The notes under the pieces were generated by a model. The model had not been told where the DNA came from and made no database searches. It saw nothing but the letters and a program-made list of their open reading frames with translations. Of a DNA stretch of 64,000 bases, positions 1-12,578 are shown piece after piece (the stretch's first letter is position 1; every line of letters starts with the position of its first letter). A program made the position numbers and the translations under genes. This DNA is from Octopus vulgaris (Eukaryota): NCBI GenBank assembly GCA_951406725.2, contig OX597830.1, forward strand, positions 43,152,001 through 43,216,000. Reading direction: 5' to 3'.

Positions 1-1096
1 GACAGTTTGAGTGGTAGTGGGTGGGGTGGGTGGGGGCTTGGTATGAAAAGGTTTCAACCATTGTTGTGTTTGCTACTAAAGTAGCTTTGTACAGGGATGA
101 ACTGTGTCCAGGAAAACATTATTAACCCTGCTGAACAGATATTTAGGATTTAAACCCACCTAAATTTAATACAGCAACATATTTTAGCGACCAAATTACT
201 GAAGACTACTCACGACTCACATATCTACATTCACATAATTTAATTTTCAAGTTTGCTGAATCCATAAATGTAATCAAACATCATGATATCTTGAGATAAC
301 AATAATTCTATTTGCTAAATGTGTTTCTATCTTAATCCTGTCTCTACAGAAACCAGAAACATCAACCAAAAATTTAATTCTCTCAACAGAAAGCAGTTTA
401 ATGTACCAAGCTATCTTTTGTTGAGGAATTTCATGCTTGAACCTTTTTTCTTTGTTGAGATATGTGAAGTTTATTGAGGCGACTAGGCTTGCAAAAATAC
501 TAAATCTATTTCTTGGTGGATATTTCACATAATTACTGGAATAACCATAAAATTTAATTTGGCAGTTAAAAGCTTTAATTTCATGATGTTCTCAGGTGAA
601 GAAGCTAGATTATTTAATTGTTGACTGCAACAAAAGTATAAACATGGCACTTAAGTATATTTAAAATGATATTTATAATAAATTTTAATCTAGTAGGATT
701 AAGTTGTTAAATTTTATTATACTTAAGACCGTATAATGATTTATTAAATTAGAATTTCTTCGATTTTTTTTAGGCATGTACCCGATGAAATTTCAGTAAA
801 AAGACTTTTGGACTGACAATAATTCAACAACAATCTCAATCCTTACTGAAAATAAGAACAATGATAACAGGGAGAATAACAAGTGTATTTTAGCGATAAA
901 CAACACTTCTCTTTCTTTGTACTCCGAAAACCTAGTCACCATGAATTACCTCCCTTTTACTAGTTTCAAGGAATTATCTCATTTTTTTTATTTATTTTTC
1001 ATTTAATTGCTTCCAATAATTAGATGTGTTCGTTTTAAATGGCACATTTTAATAACAAATGTTGATTTTAAATGTAATTTTTCATGTCATACTTAC

Positions 1097-1256
1097 TTGT
1101 TGATACCGTATTTGTAAGAAACTGCTACAATTTCTAAAAAGGCCACAATCATTAGTGCAAATGTTCCAGAGAAAAAGTCGAAAAGTTCAACCCAGTAAGC
1201 GCCACTGTTGAGCGTGAAAACGATTCCAACCACAAAACTGAACAAACACAAAACAC
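1097..1256 (-). CDS. SLC6 transporter exon, TM9-TM10 (not in the supplied ORF track)
   Basis: Manual translation gives (G)VLCLFSFVVGIVFTLNSGAYWVELFDFFSGTFALMIVAFLEIVAVSYKYGIN. Acceptor gtttag|GT (phase 1) matches either TM8 exon; donor AA|gtaagt; 160 nt. Confidence 0.93.
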
Positions 1257-1611
1257 CTAAACAAAAAATAAAAAAAAAAATACAAATTCATTTTCAGACA
1301 ACAGCTTTTTTGAGGGTTTAACTAAAAAATACACTTGTTTACAGGTATGCTTCATTATTCCAGTTCTTTCCAAACTATCCCAAACCTTACAGACTCACAA
1401 TAAAATTTCCAATCTAATTTTTTTTATTTATTTAATTTTGCTAAAAATAATAATAAAGAATGACTTTATTATGTATCACATTGGTTTCGAATTTTGGCTC
1501 AAGGCCAGCACTTTAGGGGGAAGGGGCCAGTTGATTTCATTGTCCCCGACACACACACAACCTTGCTCAGCTATGTATTTTAACATGTATAAGGAAACCC
1601 CCTAATTTTGG

Positions 1612-2068
1612 GGGCATTAAATTTAGAAAATAGGTTTGTAAGGGATTATAATACTATCCATGTATAAGAAACTCCCATATTTTTTAAACCTAATTTTTAA
1701 CAAAAAAAGGGATCCTTGAGCATGTTAAAATACAGTACTTTATTGACCCCAAAAGGATCAAAGGCGCAGCCAACCTCAGTGGGATTTGAACTCAGAACGC
1801 AAAGATGGATGAAATGCCACGATGCATTTTGCCCAGTGTTCTTGCAAGTCTGTCAAATTACAGGCTTTTTTAATTATCATGAATGACATTAAAAGTATGA
1901 AATATGCCACAATATTTTTTGATCCTTTTGGGGTTAATAAAGTACTGTATTTTAACATGCACAAAGATCCCGTTTTTTGTTAAAAATTAGGTTTAAAAAA
2001 TATGGGAGTTTCTTATACATGGATAGTATTATAATCCCTTACAAACCTGTTTTCTAAATTTAATGCCC
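1612..2068. repeat. Inverted duplication (151-bp arms) of a MITE/SINE junction
   Basis: 1612-1762 is the reverse complement of 1918-2068. The arms contain a TIR element end (CATGTTAAAATACAGTA) fused to SINE sequence. Confidence 0.85.
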
Positions 2069-4153
2069 AAAAAAATTTAACTTATAGACCCCGAAAGGAA
2101 GAAAGGCTTGGTGGGGATTTGAACTCAGAATGTAGAGCTGGACGAAGTTCATTTTGCCTGGAGTTTTAAGGATTCAGCCAGTTTACCACCTGACAGCAAT
2201 AATAGTTTCAAATTTTGGCACAAGGCCAGCAATTTCGGGGTTGGAGGGTGAGGGTAAGTCAATTACAATGATCCTTTGCCAACATAACAAGGCAGTCCTG
2301 GTTTAGGATGAATGTTGCTGTAATTTAGCCCCAGGAGGCATCATCTCCATCTGGCTATACGACACGATCTGTGTCCTTATATATATATATTTTTTGCCAT
2401 GTTATGTTGGCAGAAATCTTTACTCCAAAGAACTGTTGCTGCGTGTCTCTCATTGTGAGATTTGAAAATAGTAATTTTCTAATTGGTACTTATTTTATCA
2501 GCCCTAACTCGATCATAGCTGAATTTGAACTCAGAGACACAGATGAAATGCCGCTAAGCATTTTGTCTGGTGTTCAAATGGTTTTGCCAGCTCACCACAT
2601 AAATAATAATAGTAGTAGTAGTAGTATAAAATATCAAATAAATTATTTATTTTAATGTGAATTTTGAAGATTAAGTATATTTGCCAGTCAAAGATCATCT
2701 TGCGCAGTATTAAGTGCAGTTGTCCTGTTTTTGCAATGTATATTGTAAATTACTAACAATGGGAATGTATTATATAATCACTAATGGGCCTAATTACAAA
2801 AAGGTATTTACTCATGATAAATGGATAATAACAGCATCTAAGAAGGTTTCCATCATATGAATATAATAAATGAAATGATATAAATGAAGTTACATGTGAA
2901 GCAATTTATCAAATTATATGAAACATGTAGGAAAGAGTTATCTGATGACCATCAAATGAGATTTTGAGAATCAAGTGAGGAAATATATCTTTAACACAAA
3001 GCAAATATTGCCGTTAATTTTAGTTACTGTTATTAAATGACACATTTATTTGATAGAAATACAATTAACAGAAATATTCCATTCATTTTTAATGAATAAA
3101 AAGACAAAAATAAGTGCAGTATGCAAGCATGCTCACACATATCTCTGTGTGTATGTGTGTATGTGTCTCAAATAACTCTGCCAATGGAGAAATACATAAA
3201 CACAGGATAAGAATGTAACAACATGTTATATGTTACAAAAGTAATATATAAAATGTTGCAAGCTGAAATGTGCACAATGATGTGAAATAAAAATAAAAAA
3301 GTGGACAGTGAATAGCAAAATAAACTAGCCGACACCAAAAAAAGTGGACAGTGAAATAAATAGAATTAAATGAACTATAACTTACTAACAGGATTCCAGC
3401 AAGGAAAAATGGTTGTTACTTCTAGCTTGGATATAAAGCTAAAAATATTGTGGGAGGGTTAATACATGAGACTTAATTATTTACTTATTTTATCGACCCT
3501 GGTAGGATTTGAAACCAGAAATTGAGGGAACACATTGCTTGCATTTGGAATACAATACACACACATGCATGCACGCACAGAATTATAAATAAGAAAATCA
3601 TGTTGTGAAATAAATCACAGTCACTACATAAATGTTAAGGGTTCATTTGTTTTGCCAGGAATGTGATATTTTGGGTGCTTCTTCTTTTCAGGGACCCATT
3701 AAAGTAAAGGTCTTTATGTCATCAAAAATCATTGATGTCCAAGTGAAAGTGTGGAAGTGTTTTCTTACAAACTGAAGCTATTAAAGAACCAAAGTAAATG
3801 AATGGATGATTGGTTTGATACAGGTTCCAGTGAAACATTGTCATTATTTGAGATACATTGATCTCAATGTATGCGGCAAAGTGTTTAAGAACATGTGTTA
3901 CCCAAGATCCTCAGGCCAAAATTAAATGCATGTTGGTAGTACATGCACCACAGGACACAGGGACTAACCAAGAGGAATCAGGTTGGAGTCATCACATAGA
4001 TATCTTTGATAAATAGGTTGACCCAAGTCTATAACATTTGGCTGCTTCCAAGACTATTTTGTTGAGTCTACTTTAGGCTAAGGTAGAGGAAACATATTAA
4101 GTATGGGATCCAAAAGTCTGTTATTGTGATGCAAAATCACCAATCACTTAGCT

Positions 4154-4485
4154 GAGGAGTTCCCTTTCCGTCGTGAATGGAATTGCACCTAGAAATTTAC
4201 CCTCCGAGGCACAAGTCCGAGCAAGGTTGTTTATGGAAGACCAGCAGTCGCCCATGCATACCAGCATCCCCTCTCCACACCACTGATGATATCCAAGGGA
4301 AAGGCAAAGGTTGATACAGCTTGGCACCAGTGATATCTCAACTCATTTCTACAGCTGAGTTAACTGGAGCAATATGAAATAAAGTGTCTTCCTCAAGAAC
4401 ACAACACACAGCATGGCCCGGGAATCGAACTCACAACCTCACGATCGTAAGCTCGACGCTCTAACCACTGAGCCATGTGCCTTCA
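4154..4485 (-). mobile_element. tRNA-derived SINE family 3 (related heads at about 14757, 27820, 58290)
   Basis: Minus-strand head GGCACATGGCTCAGTGGTTAGAGCG...GAGTTCGATTCCC. TCACTTAGCT is duplicated on both sides. Confidence 0.7.
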
Positions 4486-5274
4486 CTTAGCTATATACTA
4501 TAATATCTATTATCGACATGGTGGCTAAGCTGTTGTACTCACGACTGTGAGACCATGGTTCCGATTCCCAGACAAGGCAGTGTGTTGTGTTCTTGAGTAA
4601 AACACTTCATTTCGCATTGCTCTGAGATCATTTCGACATCTGACATGTGGTACACTTGTTCACCTGTACAGGTAATGTCAGTTTGATGGAAGGAGTGAGC
4701 TAATGTACGGAACAAACTTTTCATTGCTACAAACAGATCGTCTGTGTGGGTCATTCGACAAGAAATTGCAGAATCTTCATCTTTCATCTGCGAAACAGAA
4801 AAATCCATGATCTAACATGTAGAACACACTCATGCACACCTCAATAAAATGTCTGTCTAACCCATGCTAGCATGGCGAAAAATGGATGTAAAGCATACAT
4901 ACACACATATTTACATACATACAGACTGTGTGGTAAGAAGCTTGCTTCCCAACCACATGGCTTCAGGTTCAGCCCCACTGCATGGTACCTAGGGCAAGTG
5001 TTTTCAACTATAACATCAGTCTGACCAAAGCCTTGTGAGTGAATTTGAGAGATGAAAACTGAAAGAAGCCTCACACACACACACATATATATAGGTGTAG
5101 GAGTTGGTGTGTGGTAAGAAGCCTGCTTCCCAACCACATGGTTCCAGGTTCAGTCCTACTGTGAGGCATCTTGGGCAAGTGTCTTCTACTATAGCCTCGG
5201 GCCGACCAAAGCCTTGTGAGTGGATTTGGTAGATGGAAACTGAAAGAAACCCGTCAAATATATATATATATATT

Positions 5275-5307
<33 letters not shown>

Positions 5308-5554
5308 GTATATGTATGTGTGTCTGTGTTTATCCCCTCAACATTGCTTGACAACTTAGCAGTTCAGCAAAGGAGACCAACAGAATAAGTACTAGACTTA
5401 CAAAGAATAAGTCCTGGGGGTGATTTGCTAGACTAAAGGCAGTACTCCAGCATGGCCACAGTCAAATGACTGAAACCAATAAAAGAATATATATATGCAT
5501 ATATATATATATATATATATATGCATCTCTCTCTCTCTGTTTTCCATTTGTGTC

Positions 5555-5598
<44 letters not shown>

Positions 5599-5643
5599 TA
5601 TATCATTATATGATTGAACACCATGCATCCTCTTCCAAGTAAA

Positions 5644-5666
5644 TTTTATCTATCTATCTATCTATC

Positions 5667-5700
<34 letters not shown>

Positions 5701-6058
5701 TGTATGTATGTATGTATGTATGTATGTATGTATGTATGTATGTATGTATGTATGTATGTATGTATGTATGTATGTATGTATGTATGTATGTATGTATGTA
5801 TGTATGTATGTATGTATGTATGTATGTATGTATGTATGTATGTATGTATGTATGTATGTATGTATGTATGTATGTATGTATGTATGTATGTATGTATGTA
5901 TGTATGTTTATATGCACACACATACATTTGTATATTTATATACACACACATATATATTTATATGTATATATATATGTGTGTGTGTGTGTGTGTATGTATG
6001 CATATATATATATATATATGTATGTATGTATATATATCATCATCATCATCATCATCAT
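5644..6058. repeat. Compound microsatellite (TATC)n-(TATG)n-(TA/TG)n-(CAT)n
   Basis: Direct reading; this explains the spurious MYVC/IHTY ORFs. Confidence 0.95.
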
Positions 6059-6178
6059 TTAGCGTCCGCTTTCCATGCTAGCATGGGTTGGACGGTTCAA
6101 CTGAGGTCTGTGAAGCTGGAAGGCTTCGTCAGGCCCAGTCAGATCTGGCAGTGTTTCTACAGCTGGATGCCCTTCCTA

Positions 6179-6272
<94 letters not shown>

Positions 6273-6710
6273 TGTGTGTGTGTGTATGTATGTATATGTA
6301 TATAATCCATAGTGCAATCGTATCTGTAGCTTGTCTAAATTAACTTGGTTTTCTTTTTCATTTAACCCCAGGCCTGAATAGTTGAGACCATTGTAAGTCC
6401 ACTCCAGGGTCGATAAAATGAGTATCGAACTTGATTTAATTGTCTATAATCCACACTTTGTATTCTTTTTTTTTTCTCCTGCCTGAATTGGTTTTGCTCC
6501 TTGTCAAGCAAAATCAATAGTAAGTGCATATTGGTGTAGAGGGTAGATGGGTGAACAAGTGGGGGGTGACAAAGAAAAGGAAGACAAGCAGTAATAATAA
6601 TGAAATGGTAATTAGGCCAAGGAAATAAGGAAATGGCAATCAACAGATAACGAGGACAATGAAATAAAAGGCTGCTAATAATACAACAAAACTAATTACA
6701 CAAATAGGAC

Positions 6711-6745
<35 letters not shown>

Positions 6746-6848
6746 TTACAACTAAAAAGACTAGCTGCTATTGATTACTAAGGGATTGTCGACAACAACA
6801 ACAACAAGGTATCATTTGTTGTTGTTGTTGTTTCTTGTTAGCATTTAC

Positions 6849-7056
6849 CAGAAAGCAGCCAGCGTTTCTTCATCCATTCAAAAGGAGCAACGTCTCTGAG
6901 GGATGTAGCAACCCCTTCAATCGTTGCAAACTCTGTCCCAAGACCAAGAGCAAGAAGCATTAGAAAGAAGATGATTGACCAGAATGGAGCAGAATCGCCA
7001 AACTCAAGAATGGCCTGTGTAAACACAATGAAAGCTAATCCTGTACCTTCAGCAGC
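6849..7056 (-). CDS. SLC6 transporter exon EL4b-TM8, variant B (mutually exclusive candidate)
   Basis: Encodes [69 protein letters not shown](G). Acceptor tttcag|GCT, donor G|gtaaat; 208 nt, phase 0/1. Confidence 0.92.
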
Positions 7057-7186
7057 CTGAAAGAAATAACAAATTGAAAAAAAAAAAAAATAATGAAGAT
7101 GGCATTTAATATTCTTCAATCCAAAGATAAAAAAAAACTGTTTCATCAAGGATATAAAAAAGAAAAAAATGAGAGGAGAAATTTAC

Positions 7187-7394
7187 CAGACAACTTCCAC
7201 TTCGTCTTTGTCCATTCATAAGGAGAGGAATCTCTGATTGATGTAGCGATTCCCTCGAGTGTAGCAAATTCGGTGCCAAGACCGAGTGCAAGAAGCATGA
7301 GGAAGAAGATGAACGACCAAAAGGGTGAGGACGGACCAAATTCAACAATTGCCTGAGCAAAGACAATAAAAGCCAAACCTGTTCCTGATGCAGC
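7187..7394 (-). CDS. SLC6 transporter exon EL4b-TM8, variant A (mutually exclusive candidate)
   Basis: Encodes [69 protein letters not shown](G). Acceptor ttgtag|GCT, donor G|gtaaat; 208 nt, phase 0/1. Confidence 0.92.
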
Positions 7395-7614
7395 CTACAA
7401 CACAAAAAAAAGGGAAACAAAACAAATCGATTCATTGGCTTTTTGTGCGAGTAAAATAATACTGCACACGGTTAATGGATCTGAACATGTCTGGGATGCT
7501 GTTCTTGTCTGATGCACAAGCATTGGGACAGCAAAACGATTAACAAAAAGAAATACTTTACACATACCCATGTGCATACATATACACACATACATGCACG
7601 TACACACAGATATT

Positions 7615-7655
<41 letters not shown>

Positions 7656-7738
7656 GTATTTATATATATATGTATATATAGTTACTGAGATGTACTTGCA
7701 TAGCAAGTGACCTGCTCTGAGATCATGTGCTGGAATGC

Positions 7739-7887
7739 AAACAATTGCAGTGTGGAAGGTGTTTATAAGTCATTTAAAACACACAGTTAAAAGACATGTT
7801 AGATTCACTTCAAATTAAATTTAAATGTTGAAGTGAATCTAACAGTTACCTTATGGCTTATAAACGCCTTCCATGCTGCAATTGTTT
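7739..7887. repeat. Fold-back (imperfect hairpin) element
   Basis: AAACAATTGCAGTGTGGAAGGTGTTTATAAGTCAT pairs with ATGGCTTATAAACGCCTTCCATGCTGCAATTGTTT. The inner TGTTAGATTCACTTCAA pairs with TTGAAGTGAATCTAACA. Confidence 0.75.
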
Positions 7888-7946
7888 ACAGATATATATA
7901 TATATATGTATGTATCAAAATAAGCAACAAGGATATTCAGAGGTAA

Positions 7947-8033
7947 TGCAGTACAATCGTTTCATGCAACTCCGTTTAATTGAACAATGTAATCATTACA
8001 TCAATTTAAAATGCAGAGCAATCTTCAGCTGCA
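7947..8033 (-). ncRNA. Type I hammerhead ribozyme fold with intact core
   Basis: Minus strand reads TGCAG-CTGAAGA-[long stem II]-GAAAC-GATT-GT-A^CTGCA. Stem I is TGCAG/CTGCA with a GUA triplet; there is a U.U mismatch at the base of stem II. Confidence 0.7.
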
Positions 8034-8752
8034 CAAAGACATAGAATTTAATCAAATTAGAACAGATGGATACATTAGTATAATTATACCTGAAATCTCC
8101 AAGATGTTAAGGAGATAGACAAAGAATATGCTGCCTCACTCCAGTTTAGAAGTTACTGGATTTTCAAGATATACATTGTTAAGATAGATATATACATATG
8201 CCTACATATAAATATACTATATTTTCTGGCATACATGTCAACATAGTAAATATAATATAAACAAGTAATGTAAACAAACATCGTCATTTCTCTTTCTGTT
8301 GTATTCCACATGGAATTTTTTGTTCCTGTTAAAGTTGTTTTCATGTCTGAGTCAACCTGCTTCTTTGACAGTAAATTTCAGTCAGAAATATTTGACTTGT
8401 AAGACAGAAAATACGGTACGCATGTTTGCATGTCTCAAAAATTTAGATTCTAATATCTGGAGAATGGTGTGATATACCAAATTCTTGCACTTGATTTTTG
8501 TATCTCATCCCATGCAAAGTCTTCTGGCAGCATTTTGACAAACATCCATCTCTACATTAAACTTGTCTCTGAGATCAGAACTTGGATATTCAGGCAGCAG
8601 CATCATGCAACTCTTGGAAGCCTCTCATTGATCATCATGAGGAAACAAAGTGATGGGCCCTGTCAAAGGCCTATAAGAACAAAGTCCTTCTTTCAGATCT
8701 GTGGGTTGCACTTAATTGTTCTGCCAACAACCTTTACATCTAATCAGTAAGA

Positions 8753-8845
8753 GCTGATATACCCTCCAGCCTTCATCAGGTGTCTTGGGCAAATTTCAAA
8801 CTTGGGTTCTCGTTCCTAAGGTATTTTTTGATGTTATTATTATTA

Positions 8846-8900
<55 letters not shown>

Positions 8901-8933
8901 TATTATTCAGGTCACTGCCTGGAATCGAACTCG

Positions 8934-8977
<44 letters not shown>

Positions 8978-9125
8978 TCAAAAAATACCTTAGGAATGAG
9001 AACCCAGATTCGAAATTTCCCCAAGACCCCTGATGAAGGCTGGAGGGTATATCAGCTGAAACGTTGTGTTAACAACAAATAAGATGAGGACAAATATTCG
9101 TCAAGTGTAAATAATGTAAATAATG
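8753..9125. mobile_element. Copy of the tRNA-head/HHR fold-back family
   Basis: Same inverted arms. HHR CTGATGAaGGCTG...CAGCTGAAACGTTGTGT at about 9026-9069; partial tRNA head. Confidence 0.7.
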
Positions 9126-10220
9126 AAGAATATCTCACCTATGACATTAATGAAACAGAGCTAGAATCCCAAACTTTGTAAACTCCCAACGCAATTCTAT
9201 TGTGTGTCTTGACACTTTCTGCTCCATTTCTAACTTAATTTTGTAAACTCAAGGTTGCCAGGTATTCATTTATTTATATACAGCAAGTGCTTCTCTATTT
9301 TTGTAATAGCTGATAACATTGCTGCAAGTTCATTCACTGGAGTCAAAACTTTCCCAACATTTTATCTAATTATGAAACAAGTGACCTGAGTCACATGACT
9401 CATCCCCACCTTCCTCCTACTTCTCCTTCACTTCCACCACCACTACCACCTTGCAGTAGAAAGGACAAACAATGATCCTTTTTATTGATTGGCAGATATA
9501 AGCACTGAACAAATAAATAAAGACAATAACTTTGGTTAGTCTAAAAGTTCTGGCTATTTCTAGCTGATGAGACACATGTTGAAACTCCAGCATCCCAGTG
9601 ACATGAATGTATTGAACACCCTGTTGTCATAAAAAAGGGAGAAGTTATTCTCCAAAGACATCAATTGCTATTCACAGCACATTTTGTGTTTGAAGCTTCT
9701 TTAACATGTTAAGAATATTTATGCAAATATTTATAACTTCCTGAGGTTTGTGTTATTAGTGTTAACTTCCTTAAGTTGACGAGCTGGTAGAAACATTAGC
9801 ATGCCGGGTGAAGAGCTTAGCGTTATTTTGTCTGTCTTTACGTTCTGGGTTCAAATTCCACCGAGGTTGACTTTGCCTTTCATCCTTTCAGGGTTGAAAA
9901 ATTAAGTGCCAGTTACATACTGGGATTGATCTAATTGATTGGCCCCTCCCCCAAAATTTCGGGTCTTGTGCCTAGAGTAGAGAAGATTAATGTTAACTTG
10001 CTTTTTATTAAAAAATATCAAGGAGCCATGTATCCCTTGTATTTTTTGTGACAGGGCTTTACCCTTCAGGCTCTCCTCTGTATTTGTCCTTCAACTATAA
10101 AACGACTATAAAAATTCTCAGCAATTATTACATCTCTGGAAGTTTGCGCAAAATAGTTTGTTGGTTCTACAACAACTATCAAAACATTGAAGTTGAATCA
10201 ACAGATATAAATGCAGCAAC

Positions 10221-10282
<62 letters not shown>

Positions 10283-10583
10283 TCATCATCATCACCATCA
10301 TCGTTTAATGTCCATGCTGGCATGGGTTGGATGGTTTGACTGAGGTCTGGAGTGCCAGTGGTTGCACCAAGCTCCAATCTGATCTGGAAATGTTTCTGAA
10401 GTTGGATGCCTTTCCTAATGCCAGCCACTCTGAGAGTGTAGTGGGTGCTTTTTACATGCCACCGGCACAGGAGCCAGTCAGGCAAGCATGGCATTCATCA
10501 CAATTTGGATAGTGCCTTCTATGTGCCAACGGCACGGGAATATATATATATATATATGTGTGTGTGTGTATAAATATATGTTA

Positions 10584-10633
<50 letters not shown>

Positions 10634-11279
10634 TCATCATCGTTTAATGTCCATTTTCCATGCTAGCATAGATTGGATGGTTCGACCGGGGTCTGGGAAG
10701 CCAGGAGGCTGCACCAGGCTCCAGTCTGATCTGGCAGTGTTTCTACAGCTGGATGCCCTTCCTAACACCAACTACTCCGTGAGTGTAGTGGGTGCTTTTT
10801 ACGTGCCACCGGCACAGGTGCCAAGGGAGGCTGGCAGCGGCCACGATCGGTTGGTGCCAGTCAAGGAAGCCAACACTGGCGAAAATATATTTAAGACCGA
10901 TGATAAAGTTCTATTTCTTACAAAATATTTTGTTACTAACACCATACAAATTATTTTTATCATTTACACCTTATGCAGTATTTATTTTCTCTTTCGAATG
11001 ATGCAGACAATAACTATTTTTATACAACTTGAAGAATTCTAATGCTAAATTAATATAAACATTTCAAATTTACCGGCAAAATTAGTTTAAGACCATGTAA
11101 TATGTATGCAAATTTTTTTACCAAAATGGATGGTCACACAACTAGCCTAACTTCACTATACAGTGTTATAATTTAACGTTATTATACAATTGATTAATAA
11201 TGGGAAAACAACATAGCCTCAGTCCAGTCACGAGAGCAAAAATTGTATTACTCCACAAGCAGGTAGAAACTCTATATGA

Positions 11280-12578
11280 TGCACCCAGTGTAAGCTATGG
11301 ACACATAAGAGGTGCAGCAATATCGAAGGAAGGCTAAGTTTTTGTATGTCGCAGATGCTCAGGAGCAATAAACACTGAAAACGTGCAGAGAACAACTTCT
11401 GCCACATTCCAGGGAGAAAAACTAGAAGTAGTTGATAGCTTCCGTTACCTAGGTGACCAAGTCAGTAGCGGGGGAGGGTGCACTGAAAGTGTAGCTGCTA
11501 GAATAAGAATAGCCTGAGCAAAGTTCAGAGAGCTTTTACCTCTGCAGGTGACAAAGGGCCTCTCGCTCAGAGTAAAAGGTAGACTGTATGGCGCATGTGT
11601 ATGAACAGCCATGCTACATGGCAGTGAAACATGGGCCGTGACTGCTGAGGACATGTGTAAGCTCACAAGAAATGAAGCCAGTATGCTTCGATGGATGTGT
11701 AATGTCAATGTGCATACTTGACAGAATGTTAGTACTTTGAGAGAAAAGTTGGACCTAAGAAGCATCAGATGTGGTGTTCAAGAGAGACGACTGTGCTGGT
11801 ATGGTCATGTGGCGAGAATGGATGAAGATAGTTGTGTGAAAAAGTGCCACACCCTAGTGGTTGAGGGAACCTGTGGAAGAGGTAGACCCAGGAAGACCTG
11901 GGAGGAGGTGGTGAAGCATGACCTGCGAACATTGGGCCTCACCAAGGCAATGACAAGTGACCGGGACCTTTGGAAATATGCTGTGCTTGAAAAGACTCAG
12001 CAAGCTCAAGTGAGATCATAACCTTGTGGCCTATGCTAACCAGCCCACTTATGCGTACCTTTCCTTCATTGGACACTAAACTCTGCTTGTGAAGACCTGT
12101 TGAGATAAGTGAAATCGAAATCAAATTCGATGACTGGCATCCATCCTAGTGGAGTGCTAAGAGTACCATACAAGCGTGATCATTGCCAGAGCAACAAGCT
12201 AGCCTCCATGCCAGTGACACGTTAAAAACACCATTCGAGCATGCTCATTACCTGCGTCGCCTTACTGGCACTTGTGCTGGTGGCACGTGAAAAACATTCA
12301 AGCGAGGTCGTTGCCAGTGCTGCTGGACTGGCTCCTGTGTGGGTGGCACATATAAAGCACCATTTGAGCATGGCCATTGCCAGTACCACCTGACTGGCCC
12401 TCGTGCTGGTGGCACATAAAAGCACCCACTACACTCTGGGAGTGGTTGGCGTTAGGAAGAGCATCCAGCTGTAGAAACTCTGCCAGATCAGATTGGAGTC
12501 TGGTGCAGCTATCTGGTTCGCTCGTCCAACCCATGCCAGTATGGAAAGTGGACGTTAAACGACGATGATGATGATGAT
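11280..12578 (+). mobile_element. 5'-truncated RTE-clade LINE (disrupted RT C-terminus, 3' UTR and (GAT)n tail)
   Basis: Translates VDSFRYLGDQ...LHGSETW...QERRLCWYGHVARMDED...GRGRPRKTW..VVKHDL, with stops. The 3' UTR has about 60-nt AAAAGCACC... subrepeats and ends GGACGTTAAACGACGATGATG. Confidence 0.85.

Noticed and set aside
5614-6343. Long ORFs of MYVC/IHTY/YI repeats (also about 30265-31038, 57314-58051 and others)
   Set aside because: They are translations of stop-free microsatellites with no coding signal.
6849-7394. Alternative reading of the duplicated exon as a pseudo-exon or assembly duplication
   Set aside because: Both copies have identical length, intact splice sites and no stops or indels. 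Their nucleotide divergence is largely synonymous, and their flanking introns are unrelated.
9560-9600. CTGATGA...GAAAC spacing like a hammerhead (similar partial cores at about 23877 and 46905)
   Set aside because: Stems I and III cannot be formed or the core is broken, so the support is insufficient.
10488-11042. Recurrent peptide [32 protein letters not shown] in many ORFs
   Set aside because: It is the antisense translation of the RTE 3' UTR repeat, not a protein family.
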